From Candidatus Marinacidobacterales bacterium (lineage in GTDB: Bacteria > Acidobacteriota > Vicinamibacteria > Marinacidobacterales > DATDRI01): a DNA stretch of 64,000 nt. The stretch's first letter is position 1, and each line of letters begins with the position of its first letter. The DNA is taken from assembly GCA_965219415.1 (NCBI GenBank), contig CBDCNP010000002.1:3552001-3616000 (forward strand). Reading direction: 5' to 3'. The notes beneath the pieces were generated by a model. It worked only from the letters and a program-made list of their open reading frames with translations. It searched no databases and was not told where the DNA came from. The position numbers and the translations under genes are program-made. Below are positions 10,543-20,594 of the stretch, one piece after another.

Positions 10543-11764
10543 GTGGCGCCGCCGCTCCAAGCCCGTCGAGTATGTCCGAAACTATCGTCTGCACCGTACT
10601 CCATCGGTAGTTGAGCAGCCCCGCACCAGAAGTGCCGCCCCAGCGCTCTAGGTATTCGCGATGCGCAAGGCGGGCTCGCCCGCGCTTGAGTGCACGCTCC
10701 CTCACCTCAATCAACTGCCGGGCCGTTTCGCTCTCAACAAGTGCTCCGGGCTGGGAGGCGGCCTGCAATAGCTCAAACCAATCGTCTACGAATTGCCGGT
10801 GCGCGGGCGGGATCGGGCGGCCGTTCTCCATCTGGACCAAGTCCCAAAACCTCTCTCGATCCCACCCACGCAAAACTTCACTACGCTCCGAAACCAACGC
10901 GGCCCACCCGGCGAGCATCTCCCGATACTGTTCCACGCGCTCCGGCAAGGGAAATTTCTCGGCGAGCATCAAATTGTAGAGAAGTGCAGCTCCGTGGTGC
11001 GCCTCTGCGAAGTTGCGAGCGTGACCAAGCAACTCGCGTAGTCGCGGCGGAAGCTCGGCACAGACGGGATGTAACCATGGAAATGCCACACGCGGCCCCA
11101 CGGCGCCCTCGTCTATGAGATGAGCGAGAAGCGATCCTCGCGCCTGCGCGCGGATACGATCCTGCAAGTATTCGACTTCCTCCCTGCCGAGCGTAAAGTT
11201 GACAGCGTCGGGGAAATCACTGGGCGGGTCTGGGATGTGAGGATGCCAGATGCCTGGTGGAGCCGATTGACCTTCGCGATCATGACCCGCTTCGCGCCAC
11301 GCGCGTTGGTCTGCGTAGAGGCGATCGAGCGAACGATGGTAGCTGTCTTGTGATGCCCGAGATTGTCGGAGGCCCCATCGCTGGAGCCCACTCCAGTAGA
11401 TCGCGGACGGAAGCCGCTTCAGGTGACGTCCCGCCTCTTTTCCAATCACACCGCTGGCATCCGCTTCGTTCTCTGCGAGACTCCGAGCCAGCCGAATCTC
11501 TTCTTGGCGAGCAAGCTCGGAGATCTTCGCGGATGGCACTCGTCGACGCTCGAGATCCAGGTAAATCCACGGGATGAAGAGAAAGTAGCGCGCCCGCGTT
11601 TGGATCGTGCTCGTTCCGGGAAACATCTGATCCGCGAGCGCATCACGGATCGTCCCGATGCCCAGCTCATCCAGCGTGCCTGGCTGAGCAAAAAGGTCGA
11701 TGACCTCTAGCGCGCGCCGGCGGTCGCTCTCGCTGTTATCGAGCCATGTGAAGGTAGAGGACAT
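10526..11764 (-). CDS. DUF6361-family protein, ZacA-like
   Basis: N-terminus FTWLD...GTLDELGIGTIRDALADQMFPGTSTIQTRARYFLFIPW recognised as DUF6361. Confidence 0.7.
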   Translation of the reverse strand: MSSTFTWLDNSESDRRRALEVIDLFAQPGTLDELGIGTIRDALADQMFPGTSTIQTRARYFLFIPWIYLDLERRRVPSAKISELARQEEIRLARSLAENEADASGVIGKEAGRHLKRLPSAIYWSGLQRWGLRQSRASQDSYHRSLDRLYADQRAWREAGHDREGQSAPPGIWHPHIPDPPSDFPDAVNFTLGREEVEYLQDRIRAQARGSLLAHLIDEGAVGPRVAFPWLHPVCAELPPRLRELLGHARNFAEAHHGAALLYNLMLAEKFPLPERVEQYREMLAGWAALVSERSEVLRGWDRERFWDLVQMENGRPIPPAHRQFVDDWFELLQAASQPGALVESETARQLIEVRERALKRGRARLAHREYLERWGGTSGAGLLNYRWSTVQTIVSDILDGLGAAAPHATTE

Positions 11765-11778
11765 CGGCGCCTCGTGAA

Positions 11779-12177
11779 GGGATGTGTCCCGAGGTCCGTG
11801 GAAAAAGAACGGCGCCCTCCACTCCGTCGTCAGAGTATCATATCAGGCGGTAACCTCCGCGTGTTCGAGAGCCTCGCTCAGACGTTGGTAGCCGTCGATG
11901 CGTCGTAGTTGAATCTGGCCAGAGGCGATAAGCCCAAACAGCAAAGCGACCGCGGACTCCTCGCTGGAGAACGACGCTTGGGTTTTCGTCCGGCGTCGAA
12001 ACTCGCGGTTGAGATTCTCCAGAGCATTGGTCGTTCGAATCGATTTCCACATGGCACGAGGGAATTCGTAGAAGGTCAGCAGCTGATTACCGGCCTCCTC
12101 TGGGCTTCGGACGACGGCCGGCGCGAGAGGCGTCCACTTGGCGACGAGCTCGTCATAGGCTTTGCGAGCATCGATCC
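11779..12177 (-). mobile_element. IS256-family transposase 3' fragment with right end
   Basis: LLTFYEFP...IRTTNALENLNREFRRRTK motif; GGGATGTG terminus at 11779. Confidence 0.8.
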
Positions 12178-12461
12178 CGTCCTGTGCCAAAACTCGGCCC
12201 TTTAGAAATAGACCACAAATCAGCAGCTTAGAAGCCCTTGGAATCCGCGCAGAATCCAGGGTATTTCGCGCCGCAGGGCTGACTTCCGACCCATGGGCTG
12301 GCGGATGAATAAATAGAAGGCACAGGCGTCAAGGGCGGCGAAGCCGGCGCGCGCAGCGCGCTTTACCCTTGACGCCCCCGAGCACTCTGGTACGATCCCT
12401 GGGGCGATAGGGGACATCCTGCCGCCGGGCGTTGCGTTAACGTCCAACCTCGCTGTCATCT

Positions 12462-12808
12462 TCACGCTGAACCAATACAGGGGTTGACGATACTAGCGAT
12501 CTCATCAAGGGCTTGCTTACCCAGACGCTTGCCGATCTCGGCCAGAGACCGCCGTTCGCCGTCGGTCAGGCGCAAGCAACCCTGGATCTGATTTCGAAGA
12601 ACTCGATTCTCGGCCACAAGATACTCGGTGCGCAGGAGCAACTCCTCATCCACGGATCCTGAGATGTAGGCTAGCATGGTCTTCCAGTCCATCGCGACTC
12701 ATTCCGCTGAACTGGAATACGTATCCGACCGCGATGGCCGATTCAAGCGGCCTTTGGGAAGCTGCAAACTGCTGCCCCCCTGGGCCTTCGAGTATTTTGA
12801 CCAAACGG
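12462..12808 (-). mobile_element. 5' fragment of an rve-type (MDWKTMLAY) IS with its left end (family C)
   Basis: MDWKTMLAYISGSVDEELLLRTEYLVAENRVLR; end CGTTTGGTCAAAATACTCG. Confidence 0.75.
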
Positions 12809-12893
12809 GCGAAACAGTTATGCTTGACAACGAGCTGTCATCCACCTGGAGCCAAATTAGGGAAACGTCCTCCGCGCGAACCCGAGAAGATGA

Positions 12894-15428
12894 ATGGTTG
12901 ACTTCAAAAAGCGTCTAGGCAAGAAGAAACTCTCTCGCCCCATAAAACCACTCGAGATTTACTCGGCTCTCGATCGGGAGAGTGACAAAGGACCTCTGCG
13001 TCCGATACAAGAGGCCATTCTTGAGAAATGGTTCGCGCATCATCGAGAGGACCAGGACGTTATCCTCAAACTAAATACTGGCCAAGGAAAAACTCTGATC
13101 GGTATGATCATGCTGCAATCAAGACTCAACGAGTTGCAAGAGCCGGTCCTTTATTTGTGTCCCAACAAATTCCTAGCGGCCCACACTTGCACCCAGGCGC
13201 GCCAGTTCGGGATCAAGGTTTGCTCGACGGAAGGCGCGCTTCCTTCGGAGTTCTATAACGCTGACGCTATTCTCGTCACGCACGTCCAAAAACTATTTAA
13301 CGGAAAGACACAATTTGGACTTCGCGCGAACTCCACGTCTGTGTCGACACTCCTTGTAGACGACGCACATACTTGCATCGATTCCATTCGGGCTGCGACG
13401 AAGATAACGCTTGCGTCAAAGGAACCGGCTTACGGCATGATTCGTGACCTTTTTGACAAGTCGCTCAAGGAACAGGGAATGGGTACCTACGCGGACCTAC
13501 GTGCCGGGGAAGCTGGTACGACCCTCCTGGTGCCGTATTGGGATTGGGACGACAAGCATGAAGACGTTGTGGCGATTCTTTCGAAGTATAAGGACACGGA
13601 CACGCTCAGGTTTGTTTGGCCCTTGCTTCGGGACCGAATCGCCGACTGTCAGTGCGTGATTTCTGGCACGGGCCTAGAGATCGAGCCATACCTGGCCCCG
13701 CTCGAAGACTTCGGAACTTTCACCAGTGCAAAGCATCGAGTCTACATGTCAGCGACCATCGCAGACGACGCGTTTCTCGTGAAGGGACTCGGGGTCGAAC
13801 CCGCCGTGATCCGCAATCCTTTAATCTACGAGCATGAAAAATGGTCGGGCGAGAAGATGGTTCTGATACCGTCGTTGATAGGTGAGAAGCTAACCCGCGC
13901 GGAGATCGTACGCGTATTCGCAAGAGAGAGGAAAAGACGCGCGTGGGGCGCTGTGGCCCTTACGCGCAGCTTCAAGAATTCCAAAGACTGGGAGCAGTAC
14001 GGTGCATTGGTCGCGACAAGTCAGACAATCGAATCCGAAATACAAAAACTTAGAGACGGAAAGTGCGAGCGCACGTTGGTCATCGCGAACCGATACGACG
14101 GGATCGACTTACCAGATCAAGCGTGTCGTCTTCTAATCATAGACTCGCGCCCTTGGACAGAAAATTTGATCGACCAATACGTTGAGAGCGTCCGACCAGA
14201 AAGCGACCTCGTCGCGACGAGACTTGCTCGCACGATCGAGCAAGGTCTAGGTCGAAGCGTTAGAGGCGAGAAGGATTATTGCGTCTTCATAATTACAGGG
14301 CCGGATTTGGTCCGCTATATCACGCGGAAGGATATGACGCGTTTTCTGTCGAGCCAGACGCGCGCACAAATCCAAATTGGCCTAGATGTCGCAGAATACG
14401 CCAAAGAGGAGGCGGGCGACGAAGTCTCGATGCAGGAACTTATTGACCTTGCCGGCCAATGCTTAAAAAGAGGCGAAGATTGGAAAGCCTTCTATGTCGA
14501 GCGAATGGACGCAGTGCAATCTGAAAGCGACGGGAACGAACTCCTGGCTCAGCTTTCCATGGAGTTGGATGCAGAAAAGAGCTTCGTCTGCGGCGACGTG
14601 GACAAGGCTACAGCAACGGTCCAATCCTACCTCGACACGTCCGAACTGGATGAGGCCGAGACCGGCTGGTACTTTCAGCATATGGCCCGATACCAACGCG
14701 CGCTCAGCGAGATCGAGGCTGACAAGCTCCAGCAGACCGCACACGCGCGTAACGGGTATCTTCTCAAACCCAGAATAGGAATGACGTTCAAACAACTCAA
14801 CGTAGTAAGCCTAAAAAGGACTTCCAACATTATCGATTGGGTCGGCCAATTTACCACGTACGCAGATTTGCTCGTCGCGCTAACGGACGTGCTCGATGGA
14901 CTTTCATTTGGCGTGCGTGCAGACCGCTTCGAACGCGCATGGGACAACGTAGGTGAAATATTGGGCTTTGAACATGATCGACCGGACAAGATCTGGAAAG
15001 AAGGACCAGACAATCTGTGGGGCCTGGCACAAAATTCTTTCCTGGTGGTCGAATGCAAGAACCAGGTAGAACTAACCAGGTCCTACATAAATAAGCACGA
15101 GACGGCGCAATTGAATGGTTCGATAGCGTGGTTTCAGCAGAAGTACAAAGGTGCGCACTGTTTCAGCGTGATGATTATTCCTACTCACAAAGTTCAAAAA
15201 GGCGCCTACTTTGTCAGCGATGACGTTGGAATAATGAATTCGAACCTTCTTTCCAAATTCAAGAAACGAATCATCGCTTTCATTTCTGAGTTTAGAAACT
15301 TCAACCTCCAAGAGCTCTCAGAGGAAAAGGTACAGTCGTTGATAGACACGCACAAGCTCACACCGGAGTCGGTCGCACGCGATTTTGTCAAGCGGCCAGT
15401 TTACGCTGACAGCACATCAGCCCAATAG
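12894..15428 (+). CDS. Hna-like SF2 (DinG/XPD-like) helicase with C-terminal PD-(D/E)XK nuclease; single-gene anti-phage candidate
   Basis: LNTGQGKT, VDDAH, MSAT, YDGIDLP and EQGLGRSVR motifs; C-terminal GPDNLW...VECKN; 844 aa. Confidence 0.7.
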   Translation: MVDFKKRLGKKKLSRPIKPLEIYSALDRESDKGPLRPIQEAILEKWFAHHREDQDVILKLNTGQGKTLIGMIMLQSRLNELQEPVLYLCPNKFLAAHTCTQARQFGIKVCSTEGALPSEFYNADAILVTHVQKLFNGKTQFGLRANSTSVSTLLVDDAHTCIDSIRAATKITLASKEPAYGMIRDLFDKSLKEQGMGTYADLRAGEAGTTLLVPYWDWDDKHEDVVAILSKYKDTDTLRFVWPLLRDRIADCQCVISGTGLEIEPYLAPLEDFGTFTSAKHRVYMSATIADDAFLVKGLGVEPAVIRNPLIYEHEKWSGEKMVLIPSLIGEKLTRAEIVRVFARERKRRAWGAVALTRSFKNSKDWEQYGALVATSQTIESEIQKLRDGKCERTLVIANRYDGIDLPDQACRLLIIDSRPWTENLIDQYVESVRPESDLVATRLARTIEQGLGRSVRGEKDYCVFIITGPDLVRYITRKDMTRFLSSQTRAQIQIGLDVAEYAKEEAGDEVSMQELIDLAGQCLKRGEDWKAFYVERMDAVQSESDGNELLAQLSMELDAEKSFVCGDVDKATATVQSYLDTSELDEAETGWYFQHMARYQRALSEIEADKLQQTAHARNGYLLKPRIGMTFKQLNVVSLKRTSNIIDWVGQFTTYADLLVALTDVLDGLSFGVRADRFERAWDNVGEILGFEHDRPDKIWKEGPDNLWGLAQNSFLVVECKNQVELTRSYINKHETAQLNGSIAWFQQKYKGAHCFSVMIIPTHKVQKGAYFVSDDVGIMNSNLLSKFKKRIIAFISEFRNFNLQELSEEKVQSLIDTHKLTPESVARDFVKRPVYADSTSAQ

Positions 15429-15670
15429 GAGCCTTCACAAGAACACTGACTCCGTTGTGTCCGAAAACGCCAACGGAGTTGAAAGCTAGAATCCTAGAGT
15501 CGTTCTCGAAATTTGAGGAGACCAGCCGACGCGGCACTGGCTCCGCGATAGGCGATCCCGAGCAGACCTCTCCTCCAAATCATCCGTTACGTCCAGCTTG
15601 CGCGCCCGAACTCCTATGCGGTGTCGCGGTGGTAATAACTGAGCAAGCCCGTCCTGTGCCAAAACTCGGC

Positions 15671-15992
15671 TGTGCATCGTCAAAACTGCTCCGCCCACGA
15701 AATCAAGGACTTACGCTCCGCTTGAATTCCGGGCCGAAGACGGCGAAACTCCGCCGCTATGCTCAACGTTGTTGTCTTCCTCGTCTCACTTGGCGTCCGT
15801 GCCATTCGGGCGATGTGTCGGCGCCGCGCCGACCTGGTGTTGGAGAACGTCGCTTTGCGGCAGCAAGTGACGGCGCTGAAGAAAGAGCGCCCACGCCCAC
15901 CGCTCGACGACACGGAACGGGCTTTCTGGGTTGCCCTTCGAGGTTCGTGGCCCGTGTGGGCGAGCCGCCTGCTCATCGTCCACGCGGACACC
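15671..15992 (+). mobile_element. 5' fragment of the rve/IS481-like element
   Basis: Inverted copy of the left part of 16273-17558. Confidence 0.85.
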
Positions 15993-16266
15993 CGTGAGGT
16001 CAAAATACTCATGCGGCTTCCCGATGGTAGAAACGGAGCAACCCGCCAAGCCGTTCACGGGAGCGCACCTTGCGCTCGGACTGAGGTAACTGTTCGCTGG
16101 CTGGGAACAGCAGCAGATTCTCCTTGCCTTGATGATTCCTCTCATGATGATGGTAGACGACGTACTCCCTAAGCGCATGACGGAGCGACTTCTCGCCGAA
16201 CAGGATGAGCTTCGAGAGACATTCCTCTTTGACGGACTTCACCCAGCGCTCCGCGAACGAGTTCAA
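15992..16266 (-). mobile_element. 3' fragment and right end of the MDWK-type rve IS
   Basis: AERWVKSVKEECLSKLILFGE...HHERNHQG...LGGLLRFYHREAA*; end CGTGAGGTCAAAATA. Confidence 0.8.
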
Positions 16267-16272
16267 ATCCGG

Positions 16273-17558
16273 TGTCCATCATCATTATTGATCCGGGACT
16301 GGACTCTAGGGCCCGGACCGCCCTCGAGCACATGCTGGAGAGCGTGGTCAGCGCGCGAGGGAAGGTGCTGAGGACGAACTTCTCGGCGACCAGCCGAGTA
16401 ACGCGAGCGACCAAGCTGACTCAGGCTGCCTCTCGCCACTCGTATCGATGGTGCAGTCCACCGACTCGCGGCAGTGCGACTACTTTCGCCGTAGGAGACG
16501 GTCGGTGCGTGACCGTTCTCAAGCTCGGTGTGTCCTTGTTCAGCCCCAAGTGGCAACGGTCCTCATGATAGTAGCTGATGTAAGCTCGCACGAGCCGGAT
16601 GAGATGACATGCACCGAGAACCACGACGTGCTCAAGGAGCTCGCGACGGCAGCTGCCGACCCACCGCTCCGCGGTTCCGTTTTGCCATGGGCTGCGAAAC
16701 GAAGTGCGAACGGGTTTTGTGCCCGTTGCCTTGATGAACTCGATGACCGCAGCGTTAAAGATGAAGTCGCGATCGAAGATGAGATATCTCGGAGCGGTGT
16801 CGTAGGGAAACGCCTCACGCAGTTGCTGAATAACCCAAGCAGACGTCGGGTGGAACGTGGCGTTGAAGTGAACGATGTGCCGACGACCGTGCTCGATGAC
16901 GAAGAAGCCGTACAGCAGCCGGAGCGACGCGGTGGGCACGGTGAACAGATCCACGGCGGCGATATCGTCTTTATGGTTGCGCAAGAAAGCCATCCATCGT
17001 TTCAGCTGGTCGGGCTCCGCGGGACGCCGCGGCAGGTATCGCGACACCGTGCTCTCGGAGATGATGAAACCGAGCTTGGTGAGCTCAGCATGGATGCGTG
17101 GCGCCCCCCAGCCGTCTTGCGCCATCGTGCGGACGACGCGACGAATCTCGGCATCAATCCGAGGCCGACCGGGATGGCGGCGCTGCGAGATCTTTGCCCA
17201 GTACCGTCGGAATCGGTCGCGATGCCAACGGGCTACGGTGTCCGCGTGGACGATGAGCAGGCGGCTCGCCCACACGGGCCACGAACCTCGAAGGGCAACC
17301 CAGAAAGCCCGTTCCGTGTCGTCGAGCGGTGGGCGTGGGCGCTCTTTCTTCAGCGCCGTCACTTGCTGCCGCAAAGCGACGTTCTCCAACACCAGGTCGG
17401 CGCGGCGCCGACACATCGCCCGAATGGCACGGACGCCAAGTGAGACGAGGAAGACAACAACGTTGAGCATAGCGGCGGAGTTTCGCCGTCTTCGGCCCGG
17501 AATTCAAGCGGAGCGTAAGTCCTTGATTTCGTGGGCGGAGCAGTTTTGACGATGCACA
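16273..17558 (-). mobile_element. Complete rve integrase-core IS (IS481/IS3-like, TGT..ACA ends), transposase 16421-17470
   Basis: DLFT, IFDRD and QNGTAERW DDE motifs; ends TGTGCATCGTCAAAA and TGTCCATCATCATTA; near-identical copies elsewhere. Confidence 0.85.
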
Positions 17559-17856
17559 GGCTATTGTTCTACAACGTCGACAAAGGCTAGCCGACCAACG
17601 GAATTCAGGGGGAGGATTTGGTCATCATCCGAGCGCTCCTTAAAGCGACGAGAAAGCTGGAGCGTCGGCTTCGCCGAGGTGACTTCGATTGTCGGACGCT
17701 GGTGTTCCTAAGACATGGTGCGAGGAGATCAATCGGGCACAGTCGGACGTGTCCTATGATTTCGTCTTTGTGGACGAAGAGAGCTTCAACAGATACAGCC
17801 CAAAATCATTTGCCGACCTTGCTACCAATTTCCGTCAGTACAAGGAGGGCTGAATC

Positions 17857-19359
17857 ATGACCGCGCCGGTCACCGCCTCAATGCTTTACGATTTGGTTTC
17901 TTGTCCGCATCGCGTGACCATGGACCTTTTCGCCGACCAGGCGCAACGCGATGAGCCAAACCCGTTTGTTCAATTGCTTTGGGAGAAGGGTAACATCTAT
18001 GAGAAAGAGGTTATTGAGAGGCTGGAAATTCCCCTTACCGATCTCTCAATATACGCAGGTGATGAAAAGGAACGGCTGACTTTTGAGGCTATGCATGGCG
18101 GCGAACCGCTAATCTACAGTGGACGTATGCAGGCCGAAGGCCTTCTTGGAGACCCGGACCTGCTGCGCCAAGAGGGTGACGGGTATGTCGCTGGAGATAT
18201 CAAGTCAGGCGCAGGGGAGGAAGGCTCGGGTGACCTGTCGAAACCCAAGAAGCACTACGCGGTGCAACTCGGGCTCTACACAGACATCCTGGAACGTAAG
18301 GGCCTTTCTGCCGGGAAACGTGGCTTTATCTGGGATATTGATGGCCAAGAAATCATCTATGACTTTATAAAACCATACGGGAAACGGAATCCACGCACGC
18401 TCTGGGAGGATTATCAGGATTGCCTCGCCGAGGCCCAGGCGATAGTCGGCAAGAACACGGAGACGCTTGCCGCCTATAGCGGGGTTTGCAAGCTCTGTCA
18501 TTGGTACAGCGCTTGTATCTCACGCCTAACCGATGCGAACGATCTGACGCTGATTCCTGAGTTGGGCCGGTCGAAGCGTGACGTGATGATGGAACGTATC
18601 GCAACGATACGGGACCTGGCCGAGGCTTACCCCGCAGAATTTGTCACGGGCAAGAAAACGATCTTCCCCGGCATAGGTCTCGCGACTCTAGAGAAGCTGC
18701 ACGCCCGAGCGAAGCTGATTACGGCGGGGAAGAAGGCCAAGCCCTATCTCCGCGAACCGGTAACGCTGCCGGTCGCCGATCTGGAACTGTACTTCGACAT
18801 CGAAGTCGATCCCATGCGCAACATCTGTTACCTGCACGGTTTTGTCGAACGGCGGGGCGGCGACAACGACACAGAACGGTTTATCACTTTCTTCGCCGAG
18901 CAAACAACCGCAGAGGCTGAGAAGCAGGCTTTTGCCGAGGCTTGGCGCTACATGCAGGAAAGCCAGCCCTGCGTGATCTACTACTACTCGAAGTACGAGC
19001 GAACCATCTATCGAAAGCTACGTGAGAAATATCCGGACGTTTGCAAGGAGGACGAACTGGAGGCGCTATTCGACCCGGTACGGGCCGTGGACCTCTATTC
19101 TAATGTGGTGCTGAAGGCCACAGAATGGCCAACACGAGACTTCTCAATCAAAACACTGGCTAACTATCTCGGCTTTGCGTGGCGCGACACGCATCCCTCG
19201 GGGGCGGCTTCGATCGAATGGTTCCATAGGTGGGTAGAAACGGGTGACCCTACGATTCGCCAGCGCATTCTTGATTATAACGAAGACGATTGTCGTGCGA
19301 TGCGCGTTCTGCGGGATGCTCTTGACACCTTGATCGTGATGCCGGAGGGGCCCGCATGA
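17857..19359 (+). CDS. TM0106-family RecB-like nuclease with C-terminal RNase H-like (YprB-type) exonuclease domain
   Basis: SCPHR, GDPDLL, GDIKSG, QLGLY, CKLCHWYSAC, FDIE, FSIK and YNEDDCRA motifs. Confidence 0.85.
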   Translation: MTAPVTASMLYDLVSCPHRVTMDLFADQAQRDEPNPFVQLLWEKGNIYEKEVIERLEIPLTDLSIYAGDEKERLTFEAMHGGEPLIYSGRMQAEGLLGDPDLLRQEGDGYVAGDIKSGAGEEGSGDLSKPKKHYAVQLGLYTDILERKGLSAGKRGFIWDIDGQEIIYDFIKPYGKRNPRTLWEDYQDCLAEAQAIVGKNTETLAAYSGVCKLCHWYSACISRLTDANDLTLIPELGRSKRDVMMERIATIRDLAEAYPAEFVTGKKTIFPGIGLATLEKLHARAKLITAGKKAKPYLREPVTLPVADLELYFDIEVDPMRNICYLHGFVERRGGDNDTERFITFFAEQTTAEAEKQAFAEAWRYMQESQPCVIYYYSKYERTIYRKLREKYPDVCKEDELEALFDPVRAVDLYSNVVLKATEWPTRDFSIKTLANYLGFAWRDTHPSGAASIEWFHRWVETGDPTIRQRILDYNEDDCRAMRVLRDALDTLIVMPEGPA

Positions 19360-20588
19360 ACAATACACAGCAAACGCATGACGCTCAACAAATACTCTCC
19401 AGCCTGAGGGACCATCTTGCGCGGCATGACAAGCCTATCGCTTTCTTCTTAGGTGCTGGCACATCTTGTGCGATCAGAGTGGCGGTGCCCGATGACAAGG
19501 ATAAGACGCAGCCGCTCATACCTGCCGTTGCCGAATTGACCAAGATATGCCGGGAAAAGGCGCGTGGCTTAGGCAAAAAGTATGAAGAGACATGGCAGTT
19601 GATCGAGGAGCATTACAAAGAAATGAAGCAGGACCCTAATGTTGAGAATATTCTTTCGCGCTTGCGCATGATGCTCAACGCCGTGGGCAACACCGATACG
19701 TTGTCGGGCCTAAGAAAGGATGAAATCGAAAAACTTGAAGAATCTGTGCGCAAGACGATAGCCGAGATTGTAACCCCAAATTTAAGCAAAATTCCTAATG
19801 AGTATCCACACCGCAAATTCGCCCGTTGGCTGATCAAAACATCGCGCCAGAATCCTGTTGAGATATTTACGGTGAATTATGATGTGCTTATCGAGCATGC
19901 CCTTGAGGCCGAACGCATCCCGACGTTCGACGGCTTTGTCGGAAGCTTCCAACCCTTCTTTCACCCGGATAGCCTGCGCCGATTGGAGTTCGCACCTGGT
20001 GCAAATTGGACCAGACTCTGGAAAATGCATGGTTCGGTCACGTGGCGGCGCATCGAGCAAGATGCTCGCGTCCGTGTTGTCCGGGGCGATCCCGATGCGG
20101 CGGGCGAAATGATCTACCCGTCATTTCAGAAATACGATGAATCCCGACAGCAGCCCTATTCTGCCTTTACAGACCGTCTGAGCCGATTCCTTGAGCAGGA
20201 TGATGCGCTTTTGATAGCGGCAGGTTTTGGTTTCGGAGATGAACACATAAACAATCTCATATTCGGGGCTCTGGAGAACAGGCCAAGAACCCACGTATAC
20301 GCTCTTCAGTTTGAAGAATTATCTGAGGAGAACGATCTCATCAGGCGGGCTTACCAGCGACCTAACATGATCGTGATGGGTCCAGATACCGGCATCATAG
20401 GCGCGCGGCGGGCAGCTTGGGCACCAGTGGAATGCCCCGCTTTCATGGAAGTAGCATTTGAGCTGAGAGCTGACAATTCTTCTGAGGATGGAGAGGGCGC
20501 CGAAAATGAGGAAGCTAAGTTAGGCCTGATGAAAATCGGAGACTTTAGGTCCTTCTGCGACTTCCTCGAATCTATGACGGCGGTCTAG
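19356..20588 (+). CDS. SIR2-family NADase of a SIR2-HerA system
   Basis: FFLGAGTS, IFTVNYD, WKMHGS and GFGFGDEHIN motifs; ATGA overlap with TM0106. Confidence 0.85.
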   Translation: MNNTQQTHDAQQILSSLRDHLARHDKPIAFFLGAGTSCAIRVAVPDDKDKTQPLIPAVAELTKICREKARGLGKKYEETWQLIEEHYKEMKQDPNVENILSRLRMMLNAVGNTDTLSGLRKDEIEKLEESVRKTIAEIVTPNLSKIPNEYPHRKFARWLIKTSRQNPVEIFTVNYDVLIEHALEAERIPTFDGFVGSFQPFFHPDSLRRLEFAPGANWTRLWKMHGSVTWRRIEQDARVRVVRGDPDAAGEMIYPSFQKYDESRQQPYSAFTDRLSRFLEQDDALLIAAGFGFGDEHINNLIFGALENRPRTHVYALQFEELSEENDLIRRAYQRPNMIVMGPDTGIIGARRAAWAPVECPAFMEVAFELRADNSSEDGEGAENEEAKLGLMKIGDFRSFCDFLESMTAV

Positions 20589-20594
20589 CTCATC

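Noticed and set aside
4097-11764. Four-gene operon including the PD-(D/E)XK nuclease
   Set aside because: An oppositely oriented mrr remnant and four IS ends separate the nuclease from the helicase
12824-12860. Sigma70 promoter for the Hna-like gene from TTGACA
   Set aside because: No acceptable -10 box at 16-18 bp spacing
16448-17549. Long antisense ORFs (331 aa, 224 aa) in the rve IS copies
   Set aside because: Shadow ORFs of GC-rich transposase genes; the 331-aa frame is broken by a stop in copy 2
17857-19359. cas4 of a CRISPR system
   Set aside because: The domain order fits the TM0106 family, and no cas1/cas2 or array is present
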